64,000 nt of DNA from the human T2T-CHM13v2.0 reference genome, Homo sapiens. Position 1 is the stretch's first letter; each line of letters opens with the position of its first letter. This document shows, in pieces, positions 11,991 to 24,265 of this stretch. The translations under genes and the position numbers were made by a program. A model generated the notes under the pieces. That model saw only the letters and a list, made by a program, of their open reading frames with translations, ran no database searches and was not told the origin of the DNA. The stretch lies in NCBI RefSeq assembly GCF_009914755.1, contig NC_060939.1; one strand, written 5' to 3'.

Positions 11991-13822
11991 TTCCTGTCTT
12001 CATATATTAATAAGAAAAATAAAACAAAATAGTGGTAAAGTGTTGGGACAGCAAAAATTTTTGGGGGTGGTATGGAGAGAATGGGCGATGTTTCTCAGGG
12101 CTGCTTCGAGCAGGATTAGGGGTGGCATGGGAACCTAGAGTGGGAGAGATTAAGCTGAAGGAAGATTCTGTGGTAAGGGGTGATATTGTGGGGTTGTTAG
12201 AAGAAACATTTGTCATGTAGAATTATTGGTGATGGCCTGGATACGGTTTTGTATGAATTGCAAAACTAAACGGAATAAAAGAAGGAGAAAAACAGGTATT
12301 AAAGGACTAGGAATTGGGAGGACCTAGGACATCTAATTAGAGAGTGCCTAAGGAGGTTCAGCATAGCCTTGCCAGCAAAGATTATTTATTTACTTTGAGA
12401 GTTAAGAGTGGCAGTTTGGGGATAGCACCAGGAGATATCAGCTGTGATGGCTTGGAGAAACAGTGTAAACTGGTAGTGTAAACAAGAGCAGGGCATTTAT
12501 GAGTAGTTGAGAACGGTGAATAAGAGTATGACTAGACAGAAAATAGTAGGGATGACAAGTTTTTTGGGGCACAGTCTAGGTTGGTCTAGTGTCTGGGACG
12601 AGACTGGGGCCTAATAAAAAGGAGCATCTATACAGGAGCTTAAATGGGCTGTACCTTGTAGCATTCCAAGGACAGGCCTGAATTCTGAGAATGGCAAGAG
12701 GTAAAAGTATTGTCCAGTCCTTTTTAAGTTGGAGGCTGAACTTGGTGAGGTATGTCTTTAAAAGACCATTAGTCCGTTCTACCTTTCCTGAAGATTGAGG
12801 ACGGTAAGGGATATGAAGGTTCTACTGAATACTAAGAGCCTGATAAACTGCTTGGGTGATTTGACTAGTAAAGGCTGGTCTGTTATCAGACTGTATAGAG
12901 GTGAGAAGGCTAAACCAAGGAATTATGTCTGACAGAAGGGAAGAAATGACCGCGGTGGCCTTCTCAGACCCTGTGGGAAAGGCCTCTACCTATCCAGTGA
13001 AAGTGTCTACCCAGACTAAGAGGTATTTTTGTTTTCTGACTCGGGGCATGTAAGTAAAGTCAATTTGCCAGTCCTGGGCAGGGGCAAATCCTTGAGCTTG
13101 ATGTGTAGGAAAGGTGGAACTGCCATCAATAAACTAAATGTGATCAGGGTGAGGAACAGGGAAGAAGGAAATATGGAGAAATGGGGTGAATGTCAGGTGG
13201 ATCAGAGAGATGCAGTCATGAGGGTCAGGTGTGGTATCCAGAATAATGTGGGAGGCAGATTAAAGTCCGGGCCAGGAACAATGGTAATTGTGGGAGACTC
13301 AACAAAGAGTGAGTACAGCTGAAGGAGCCAGGGAGCAGAGCGTATATGCCTCAGGTGTGAGAAAGAAAATAGATTTTGGAAGTTATGAGAGTTGTAGAAA
13401 GTGAGTTGAGTGTGATTTTGAGGGCCTCTAAAACTATTAGGGCGGCGGCAGCCACTGCACGGAGACATGATGGCCAGCCTAAAACAGTAAGGTCAAGTTG
13501 TTTGGACAAAAAGCCTACAGGACACGATCCTGGTCCTTACATAAAAATTCTGACTGTACAGCCCTGCACTTCAGCTGTGTGTAATGAAAAGGGTTGGGAT
13601 GAGTCAGGGAGAGCTAGGCAGTCTTTAAAGCTGTCTTCAAGGAACGGAAAGAGAATTGGGGAAAGGATTTAGGATCTATGGGATCAGCTAGGTTTCTTTT
13701 TGTGAGTTTATATAATGGTTTTGTTAGGATGGCAAAACCAAGTATCTAAAGTCGAAAGTATCTAACCATGCCTAGGAAGGAAAGGAGTTGTTGTTTTGTA
13801 GAAGGTGCTGGGGTTTGAGAGA

Positions 13823-14146
13823 TCAGTCGGACATGATCAGCAGGGAGAGCACGTGTGTTTTTATGAGAATTATGCTGAGATAGGTAACAGATGAGGAAGA
13901 AATTTGGGCTTGACTGAAGTAATGGGGGCTGTCTGTGAAGCTTTGCGGCAGTACAGCCCAGGTAATTTGCTGAGCCTGATGGGTGTCAGGGTCAGTCCAA
14001 GTGAAAGCAAAGAGAGGCTGGGATGAAGGGTGCAAAGGAATAGTAAAGAAAGCATGTTTGAAATCCAGAACAGAATAATGGATTGTGGAGGGAGGTATTG
14101 AGGATAGGAGAGTATATGGGTTTGGCACCACGGGGTGGATAGGCAA
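13823..14146 (-). pseudogene. HERV-H pol (reverse transcriptase) remnant
   Basis: PVVPNPYTLLSSIPP...SVLDFKHAFFTIPLHP...WAVLPQSFTDSPHYF are gammaretroviral RT motifs; truncated before YXDD. Confidence 0.9.
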
Positions 14147-14526
14147 AACAATTTGATTGATAAGGTGCAGATCCTGAACTAACCTGTAAGCCTTGTATGG
14201 TTTTAGGACAGGTGAAATGGGGGAATTGTAAGGGGAGTTTTTAGGCTATAAAAAGCTATGCTATAGCAGGTGAGTGATAACAGGTTTTAATCCTTTTAAA
14301 GCATGCTGTGGGATGGGATATTGGCATTGAGCGGGGTAAGGGTGATTAGGTTTTAATGAGATGGTAAGGGGTGCATGATCGGTTGCCAAGGAAGGAGTAG
14401 AGGTATCTTATACCTGTGGGCTAAAGTGGGGAGATACAAGGGGAGGATGTGAAGGAGGCTTTGAACTGGGGGAAAAGGAGGCATGTAGCCCAGGAATAGT
14501 CAGGGAAGCAGATAATTTAAAGTGTC

Positions 14527-14751
14527 TCAGCCTAATAAGGGAACTGGGCAGGTGGGGATAACTAAAAAGGAGTGCTTAAAAGAGTATTGTCTAAGTTGGC
14601 ACCAGAGTTGGGGAGTTTTAAGAGGTTTAGAAGCCTGGCCGTCAATACCCACAACAGTTATGGAGGCAAGGGAAACAGGCCTTTGGAAAGAAGGTAATGT
14701 GGAGTGGGTAGCCTCCGTATTGATTAAGAAGGGGATGGACTTACCTTCCAC
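14527..14751 (-). pseudogene. HERV-H protease remnant
   Basis: FLINTEATHSTLP = degenerate aspartic protease FL(I/V)DTGA motif; ends CPVPLLG. Confidence 0.85.
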
Positions 14752-14926
14752 TGTGAGAGTTACCCAGAGTGTCTGTGATGATCCTGTAGGCTTCCGAGGC
14801 GATTGGGCACTGTCAGTCTTCAGCTGCTAAGCCGAGAAGATCTGGGAAGGAGTCAGTCAGAGAGCCTTGGGCCAGAGTTCCAGGGGCTCTGGGAGTGGCT
14901 GCCAGGTAAGTTGAACAGTCCGATTT

Positions 14927-15142
14927 TCAGTGGGGTCCCACACAGATGGGACGCGGCTTAGGAGGAATCCTGGGCTGCGGGCATTTCTTGGCCCAGTGGC
15001 CAGATTTCCGGCACTTGTAGCAAGCTCCTGGGGGAGGAGGTTCTGGAGGAACCCCTGGCAGCTGCGGTTCAGGTGTTTGGAAGTTCTTGTGTGCTGGAGA
15101 TGTGGCTGGGGTTTGTCTCACAGTGGAGGCAAGGAATTGCAA
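14927..15142 (-). pseudogene. HERV-H gag nucleocapsid remnant
   Basis: Zinc knuckle CYKCRKSGHWAKKC (CX2CX4HX4C) plus degenerate second knuckle. Confidence 0.88.
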
Positions 15143-16592
15143 CTCAGAAATATGTTGCTACTTGGTTGCCTTTACTCTATTATTGTACACCTTGAAGGTG
15201 GGGTTAAATAAGTTCCTGTTGTGGGGTTTGAGGGCTGGAACTTAATTTTTGGAGCTTTATTTAATGTCGGGAACAGATTGGGTAATAAAATAAAATGTAT
15301 ATTGAGAATAAGACGGCCTTTTGACCTTTTAGGGTCTAGGGCTGTAAAGCCTCTCAGGGTTGCTGACGAATGAGCCATGAACTGGGCTGGGTTTTTTATA
15401 TTTGATGAAAAAGAGTCTAAACGCTAACTGATTCGGGAGAGGTGGGATAAAGAAAAAGGAGCATTAACCTTGACTATGCCTTTAGCTCCAGCCACCTTTT
15501 TAAGAGTAAATTGCTGGGCAGGTGGGGGAGGGCTAGTCGCGGAACCAAACTGTAAGCCAGGCGGGTGTAGAAGGGGAGGTGATAAAAGGATTATAGGGTG
15601 GAGGATCGGAGGCTGAGGAAGAATCGGGACCTAGCTCTGCCTGGTGAGGAGGGGAGAGGTCAGATGGGTCTGTAGAAAAGGAAGATTAGAAAGACTCAGC
15701 GACGCTTGGGGTTGGGACTGAGGGGACAGGCGGGAGGGAAAGAAGGAAGATTTGGGACGAGTTGCATTGGGAACAGAGACTAGACCTATGTGTAAAAGAA
15801 TGCCTGGACGTCAGGCACCTCAGACCATTTGCCCATTTTACGACAAGAATTATCTAGATCTTGTAGGATGGAAAAATCGAAAGTGTCGTTTTCTGGCTAT
15901 TTAGAGTCATTTTCAAGTTTGTATTGGGGCTAAGCAGTGTTGCAGAAGAAAATAAGATGCTTAGATTTTAGGTCAGGCGAGAGTTGAAGAGGTTTTAAGT
16001 TCTTAGGAACACAGGCTAAGGGAGAAGAAGGAGGAATGGAGGGAGGGTGGAATGTTGCCTATAGCGAAGGAGGCAAGTTTAAAGAAAAGGGCAGAGATAC
16101 GGAGAAGGGGGTGGGGAGCAGCCAAAGCAGGTGTCCCCGCAATTGACTTGCCACTAAGGGAACATGGGTGAATGATCAAGGCAGGCGTCCCGAGGAGATC
16201 AGACACCAATGGAACGTGGGTGAACAATCACAGAGGCGTCCCTGCAGTGATTAAACACCAAGGGAAGGCTGACTTCCCGAGTCCGTGACCGGCGCCAGAG
16301 TTTTGGGTCCACAGATAAAATGTGTCTCCTTTATCTCTACCAGAAAATGAAAGGAACTGAAATGAAGAGAAGGGAGAGACTGAAGTGTGGCAACAAGATT
16401 GAAAGGAGAAAGAGGTTGAGGGATAGTGAGGGAGGCTGGAGAAGAGAGTAAAAAGAGGCCGCTTACTGGATTTAAAATTGGTGAGATATTTCTTGGGCTG
16501 GTTGGTCTGAGGACCAGAGGTCGTAGGTGGATCTTTCTCATGGAACAAAGAGCAGGAGAACAGGGGATTGATCTCCCAAGGGAGGTCCCCCG

Positions 16593-16610
16593 ATCCGAAT
16601 CACGGCACCA
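16593..16610 (-). other. Primer binding site complementary to tRNA-His
   Basis: Minus strand tggtgccgtgattcggat, 2 nt after the U5 end ...catgaaa. Confidence 0.92.
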
Positions 16611-17061
16611 AATTTCATGGGCATCTGTGTGGAGACCACCAAACAGGCTTTGTGTGAGCAACAAGGCTGTTTATTTCACCTGGGTGCAGGTGGGCTGACT
16701 CCGAAAAGAGAGTCAGCCTCTTCATAGGATTTGTCTGTAACATTTGTATGTTTACTTGGGAATATTCTAGGGCCCTCCTTAGAATTACAGTTTTTGACTG
16801 ATTCCATTAGCTTTTTTTTGAGAATAAAAAACTACAAGAGATATACTATTATTAAATGAATACTGGAAATACAAAACAAACTAGAAATAAGAGGAAACCT
16901 TTCCTGATTCTACCACAGAAAGACAATCGCTGCTAATGTCTGATGACTTTCCTCTTTCGTTTTTCATTCATAGACTTTTCTGGTAACGGTTTTTCAATGT
17001 TTCAAGTGTGCTCCAAATACTAATTGCTATGTCACTCTAAAAGTGTCTATTGTGTGATGAA

Positions 17062-17612
<551 letters not shown>

Positions 17613-17692
17613 TATTAATTAACATGGTTTCTATATATTGGAAGGATATTTTTCCTGTAGTTTATATATTCAAAATTTTATTACAAAAGGAT

Positions 17693-19257
17693 CTACAATG
17701 AACTCTAACAAATCAACAACAAAAAAAATCCCACCAAAAAGTGGGCTAAGGACATGAATAGACAATTTTCAAAAGAAGATATACGAATGGCCATAAAACA
17801 TATGAAAACATGTTCAACATCACTAATAATCAGGGAAATGCAAATCAAAACCACAATGAGATACCCCCTTACTCCTGCAACAATGGCCATGATAAAAAAT
17901 AGTAGATGTTGGCGTGTATGCAGTGAACAGGGAACACTTCTACACTGCTAGTCAGAATGTAAACTAGTACAACTACTGTGGAAAACAGTGTGGAGATTCC
18001 TTAAAGAACTAAAAGTAGAACTACCATTTGATCCAGCAGTCCCACTACTGAGTGTCTACCCAGAGGAAAAGAAGTCATTATATGAAAAAAGAGACTTGCA
18101 CACATGTTTATAGCAGCACAATTCACAATTGCAAAAACGTGGAAACAACCCAAATGTCCATCAGTCAAAGAATGTATAAAGAAACTGTGGTATATATCTA
18201 CAAATATATGTATATATATACAAATATATATGTATATTTCTTTATACACTCTTTGATTGATGGACATTTGATTGATGGACATTTGGGTTGTTTATATATA
18301 TACAAATATATATGTGTATATATATACATTTGTGTATATATATACACACATATGTATATATTCATATATACATATGTATATATACAAATATATGTATACA
18401 CTCATATATACATATGTATATATACAAATATATGTATATACATATATAGTGTTTATATCTAGATATATATCTAGATATGTAATATATTCATATGTATATA
18501 GTATATATATCTAGATATATGGTATATATCTATGTATCTATGTAATATATACATATGTGTATATGTGATATATATGTAATACATACATATGTATATGTGT
18601 AAATACATACATATGTATATGTGTAAATACATATGTATATGTGTAAATACATACATATATAGTGTATATATCTATATAGATATATAGATCCATCATCTAT
18701 ATATATATAGATAGATCTGTAGATCTATATATGATGGATCTATATATCTATATAGAAATATACATATAGATAGATCTCTATCTATATATAGATCTATAGC
18801 TATATCTATCTACATATATAGATCTATATATCTATATCTATATCTATATATAGATCTATAGCTATATCTATCTATATCTATATAGAGAGCTATATATATG
18901 ATGGAATACTGCTAAGCCATAAAAAGGAATGAATTAACAGCGTTTGCAGCAACCTGGATGAGATTGGAGACTATTATTCTAAGTGAAGTAACCCAGGAAT
19001 GGAAAACCAAACATCGCATGTTCTCACTCATAAGTGGGAGCTAAGCTATGAGGATGCAAAGGCATAAGAATGACACAATGGATTTTTGAGACTCAAGAGG
19101 AAATGGTGGGAAGGAGGTGAGGGATAAAAGACTACAAATAGGGTGCAGTGTATACTGCTCGGGTGATGGGTGCACCAAAATCTCACAAATCACCACTAAA
19201 GAACTTAGGTAACCAAACACCCCCTGTTCCCCAATAACCTATGGAAATAAAAAAAAA
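17693..19257 (+). mobile_element. 5'-truncated L1PB1-like element with expanded internal AT repeat
   Basis: ORF2 C-terminus ([10 protein letters not shown]...), 3' end ccaataacctatggaaataaaa, TSD ttattacaaaaggat at 17678-17692 and 19258-19272. Confidence 0.92.
18191..18900. repeat. (TA)n-derived complex AT-rich / TAGA-TCTA repeat inside L1PB
   Basis: About 700 bp of tatata/tacata/tagatctata motifs, many self-complementary. Confidence 0.95.
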
Positions 19258-19438
19258 TTATTACAAAAGGATTGTTAAAATATAGAAATACAAAGGAGGT
19301 TAAAAAACAGTCATTATAAGTAGCAATTTGAACACGGAGGTATAGCTACTATTCATATTTTCATATATATCCTTCCAAAAGTATATTTTATACTGTATTT
19401 GGATGTTACATAAAACCCTGGGCATGGCTCTGCTAATA

Positions 19439-19733
19439 CAGTAGTCCCCTCTTATCTGCGGTTTCACTTTTTGCAGTTTCAGTTACCCACAGTACAGTAT
19501 AATAAGTTATTTTGAAAAAAGAAAGAATGCATTCGTATAACTTTTATTACAGTATATTATTATTATTCTATTCTAGTTGTTAATCTCTTATTGGACCTAA
19601 TTTCTGAATTAAATTTTACCATAGGTATGTATGTATAGGAGAAAACAGAATCTACAGAAATGGTACTATCATGGTTTCAGGCATCCGCTGGGGGGTCTTG
19701 GAACATATCCCCAGGGATAGGGAGGGACCACTG
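19439..19733 (+). mobile_element. MER44A-like (TcMar-Tigger) DNA transposon
   Basis: TIRs cagtagtcccctcttatc... / ...gatagggagggaccactg; TA before the 5' end. Confidence 0.85.
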
Positions 19734-20149
19734 CAGATATAATTAACCTGGGTCTACAATTAATGTGATTTATTCTACTGGTGATGGGAAGTGAGTCAGA
19801 GAGGCCACCAGTCACTCTGACATGCATCATTTTAGTTACTGATTTTGGCATGTTAGTGAAATTTGGAAATCAACAAGATTTTGATAAATACCAGTAAACA
19901 AGTTACTTAAAGAATATAACAATAGACAGTAGACATCCTCATTAAAGCTTTTGTGTATATTCTTTTAAAAATTATATACTCAACATGGTAGTCATTTAAG
20001 GCAGATTATGTGCTAAAAATTCCTCTATGAGCTGAGGACATAGTTTACTGATCTCATGGAGGTAATGTAATAATGTATTTTCTAATTCTGGCATTCAGCA
20101 AATATCAGCTTTGCTGTATCATGTTGTAGCATAAGTCAGATTTTAGAAT

Positions 20150-20458
20150 TTATTATTATTTTTTTTTGAGAGAGAGTCTTGCTCTGTTGCCTAGGCTGGC
20201 GTGTAGTGACATGATCATGGCTGACTGCAGCCTCAACCTCCTGTGTTCAAGTAATCCTCCCACCTCAGCCTCCCAAGTAGCTGGGACTACAGGCGTGTGC
20301 TATTATGTTGTGACTGGCTAATTTTTATTTTTAGTTTTTGTAGAGACAAAGTCTTGCCATGTTTTCCAGGGCGACCTTGAACTCCTGGGCTTAAATGATT
20401 TGCCTGCCTTAACCTCCCAAAGTGCTGGGATTACAGGTGTGAGCTCCTGCACATGGCC
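20150..20458 (-). mobile_element. AluJ
   Basis: Reverse-strand Alu with ctgcagcctcaacctcctg...atcctcccacctcagcc. Confidence 0.92.
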
Positions 20459-20689
20459 TTGGAAATGTTTTAATGAACATATAATTTGGTTCATTTTGGA
20501 GGACTATGGCCTGTGTCTGGGCAACAACAACCCAAGGAATTGCTACTCTATGCTTTCTTACTCTTTTGAGGAGTGTGGTAAAATGGAATTCAAGTCCTGG
20601 GACATTGCTTCAACTTTTTACTGGAAAAGTCCACGCAGTTTAGTAAAACACAGATGTGCCATCTATAAAAAGAGATGTACAAAGAGATG

Positions 20690-20856
20690 TGTTTTGGAAT
20701 TTTATAGGCCTGGTTTTAAAACCGGGCTTCATCATTTACTCACTCTGTGAACTTGGGTACATTATGTAGTTCTTTTCGCCTCATGTTTCTCATCTATATG
20801 ACAGTAATAATACCTGTCTTGTAGGATTTTTCGTGATAATCATATAAGATAATGTC
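20690..20856 (+). mobile_element. MIR
   Basis: catttactcactctgtgaacttggg...gcctcatgtttctcatctatatg. Confidence 0.65.
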
Positions 20857-22829
20857 ATTATGAAGTTTGCAGGCATCTGTGGGTATTGCTGCTACTGTTT
20901 TCAGGAAGCAGGAGGACCTCTGGAAGCCCTAGATAGCATGATAAAGCAGTCCAGGAGCTTTGTTACTGTCTTGGCTCTAATGTCACAGACAACTTCTTCA
21001 AAGTTTGGAGTGGAGGCAAGTTGCTTTATGAGGCCATGTGACCTCAATCTGACTAGGGGTCGGGGAGGGATGGGTGGGAATCACTCACCCCTAATGTGAA
21101 CAACAGCAGAAGGCATGGATAAAGTCTAAAAATGGATTGTTTTTAGTATCAGTGTGATTGCAGCTGGGATATTTACTTTTGATAACTGCCAGCAAAGAAT
21201 AAATATATTTAAATGCTTTCACCTCCTCCTTGCCTCACGAGGCTTAATAACTTACTGTTTCTTGTTTATCACTTTATTGACTGAATTAATCAATTTTTTC
21301 CCCATCTCTACCAATGCTCTATTTACAGTGCTGCGAACTGGCACTATTATGGAGTCCAAAAGGCAGCTCTTCTTTTATACAGATTTGGTAAAACAGAAGG
21401 CTACAGCTGAATTCTGAATTTAGAAAAGAAAGAATGTGTACTAGAGAATTAGGATGAGCAATGGAAAATCCTTTTCTCTTCTTATTTTCTTGTGCTGATT
21501 TGATTCAAGACTAAGCCTTAGTTTTCCTATCTCTAAGACAAGAATATTTTCCTACCTTGTTATCGCTGAGGAATGTGGAGAATTTGAATGGTGAAAGATT
21601 TGATCTTAGTAGCAAGAAAAGAATAAATTGCTCACTTAATAAATTGCCAGGCCACTTGGGTACTATTTAGTAGATTACCTTTTCCAGAGCACTAAATGAT
21701 AGTAAATGGTAAATGGCAGTAACTGGAAGAGTTAATGCAGCTTTGATCTCTTGAACTGAGTCTCTGTAGTTTCCTTAGAATGAGATGGAATTATTTCTTT
21801 CCTTTTATCTGAGGCTCGGTAAACCCTTGAAAAAGGAAGACATTATTACTTTTTTCCATCTTGCATGACCATTAGAATAAAAGGGACTTTATAACCCTAC
21901 ACATACACATATACACACTGAAAGTGGCCATTACAAACTCCTTAAAGAATTCTTTTAAAAGTACCATTTGTCATTCGATTAATTAAAAATGCTTACTGAG
22001 TACTGACTACGAGCAAGGGTTTGTGCTGGAGGTGCAAGGGGGCATGTGGAGGAGGAGGCCCTGTCTTTTAGCTACTGGAGAAAATACATTCTCAAGGCTC
22101 TTAATCTCATTCTTTCAAAAGGCCTGACAATGTACCAGTTTGCATCCTAATACCTATTGCTGGAAACACAAATGATGAAGCATGTCAGACCCAGGAGAGA
22201 ATCAGAACCTGGGACAGATAAATCTCAAATTGAGATCCTTCTGACCAGTCAGGAGCTGGTGATGGCTAGAAACAATATAAAGGATATCTGTTTACCTGGT
22301 GACAAACTTGTAACAGTGTTCTCTTGTGTGGTGGGCTGTTCCTAAGGCAAAGTTGAGGCCCAGGGCAAACCCCCCGCTGGGCACTACTGCAGAGTGTGCC
22401 TTAGCTCTTAGCTCTAACCGCTCTGTTACTAGCACTATGCTGGACGCCTCTGCTGTGGCCAAGTGTCAGATTCAGTCTGGGAGGAAAGGATGCATTTCCT
22501 AAAGAAAGCTCATGGGTCTTTCTTAGTGTTTCTAAAAAGAATTTTCCATGGACTCTGTGAGAGATTTCAAGTCAAAGTCATGAACTATCAAGGACTACCA
22601 AATATCAGGGCCTGGCAAGGCAGGCAGGTCAAGGGGGAAAGGAACTTCCCAATTTCAATTGGATTCTGGTAGATAATCTAACTGACTTCCAGAAGGTATG
22701 GGGCACTCTGACTGGCAAACATTGTCTTCTTAATGAGAAAAGTAATATATGCACCTGGTTCAAGAAATGGAAGCCCCAATATACACACAAATACCCACAT
22801 GGTTCAAAAATCTAAAACCTGGTTCTATT

Positions 22830-24050
22830 ACTCAGAGATAACTGCTCTTAACATTTGGTATGTTTTTCTATTTTCTAATTTGGAATTATGTTGTATATTT
22901 AATTTTGCAGCCTGCTTTTACACACTTAGCAGCATACTGAATACATTTTCCCAAGTATTATTCTTTGAAAATATTATTTTAAATTACTACTCAGTTCCCC
23001 TCTTACTGGACATTAAGATTGTTTCCTATTTTTTCTACATCAATATGTCATCAATAATTGTTTTTTATTTGTAAGAACCTTTGCTTATTATTTCATTAGA
23101 TTCTTAAAAATGGTATTACTTGTTTAAAAAGTATTGGTTTTCAAGGCTTTTGCTATATTTTTCCAAATTGTTATCTGGAAATATTTTAGTATTTTACACC
23201 CCACCAACTGCAGGCTTTTAAAAGAACTGTTTGATGACTGACATTGGGCTTAAGTGACCTGGGTCCAGAGAAAAAAATTATACAATTCACTATAACTTTG
23301 AGTTTCTTTATTTTTTAGTAGAGACTTTCCCTTTTCAGAATGAGTTGGACTTCACAACTTTGGGTAGAGGACAGCTTAAATATACAGACTATTGTATATT
23401 TTGTACTTCTACTGTCAGTTGGTTAAAAAGTGATAGATACATAAAATTTTACATATGCATACATACACACATGCACATCTATAGGCAGAAAAATTTTATA
23501 TCTAAAGATAAATTTGTTGTGTTTTTATGAATCTAAGAATAAGATAAAAATACATTCCATACACCCATGCTCATTACTCATGTATATAGTTGCTGATATA
23601 TATGAAAAATCAGTATAAAGTATTGGTGTGATTGTAGATATATCACACCAATATCACACAACAGCATACCTAATATTATATACTAGTATTATCACACCAT
23701 GTATAACATTTTATACCTGATGTCAACTCAATATGTTGAGAATATTTTTCTAATTTCAATGTTTTCATTTAACTAATTTTTAGTGACTTCATAGTACGCT
23801 GCTTGAGAGTATGCCAAAATGTATCCAAATTACCCCCACTGTGAAACATTTAAGCTATTCTCAATTTTAGGCTATTACAAACACCTTTGTATATTATCAT
23901 TCCACACATCTTTAATTATTTTATTAAGTTCCTAGAAGTGTAATTTCTAGATCATGGAGCATGTATAATTTTAATGTATTTGAAAACTATTTAAAGATAA
24001 CCAGAAACAACCAAAAAGGTTGTTCCAAAGTATCTTCATAAGCAATAACA
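22830..24050 (-). mobile_element. Degraded old L1 (L1ME-like) fragments
   Basis: agagataactgctcttaacatttgg; ggacattaagattgtttcc; agttcctagaagtgtaatttctagatc. Confidence 0.5.
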
Positions 24051-24134
24051 GCATTCCATGAGCAATGATAATGTGGGAAATTTGTAATACACAGTTAAAC
24101 TTTTATTTGTTGTTTCATATTCTTATATCTTATC

Positions 24135-24265
24135 TCATTAGTTTTCTATTGCTGCTCTAACAAATTTCCACAAACCCAGGGTCTTAAAACAACACACAGT
24201 TATTATCTCACAGTTTTGTATGTCAGAAGTCTCATGTGGGTCTCACCGGGCCAAAATCAACATTT
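24135..24265 (-). mobile_element. MLT1 LTR fragment
   Basis: attagttttctattgctgctctaacaaatttccacaaac...aaaacaacacac. Confidence 0.7.

Larger units (their letters stand above)
11608..16717 (-). mobile_element. HERV-H retroposed mRNA copy (processed-pseudogene structure: R-U5-internal-U3-R-polyA)
   Basis: R-U5 only at 16613-16717; tRNA-His PBS 16593-16610; PPT ~11991-12001; U3-R 11626-11990 with no U5; T18 at 11608-11625; 15-bp TSD ctc(c/t)tcataggattt at 11596-11610 and 16718-16732. Confidence 0.95.

Noticed and set aside
12000-16590. Functional HERV-H gag/pol/env proteins
   Set aside because: Frames are short and broken, the protease catalytic motif is mutated, RT lacks YXDD and env is largely deleted
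18198-18656. Tyr/Ile-rich ORFs
   Set aside because: Translations of the TA microsatellite
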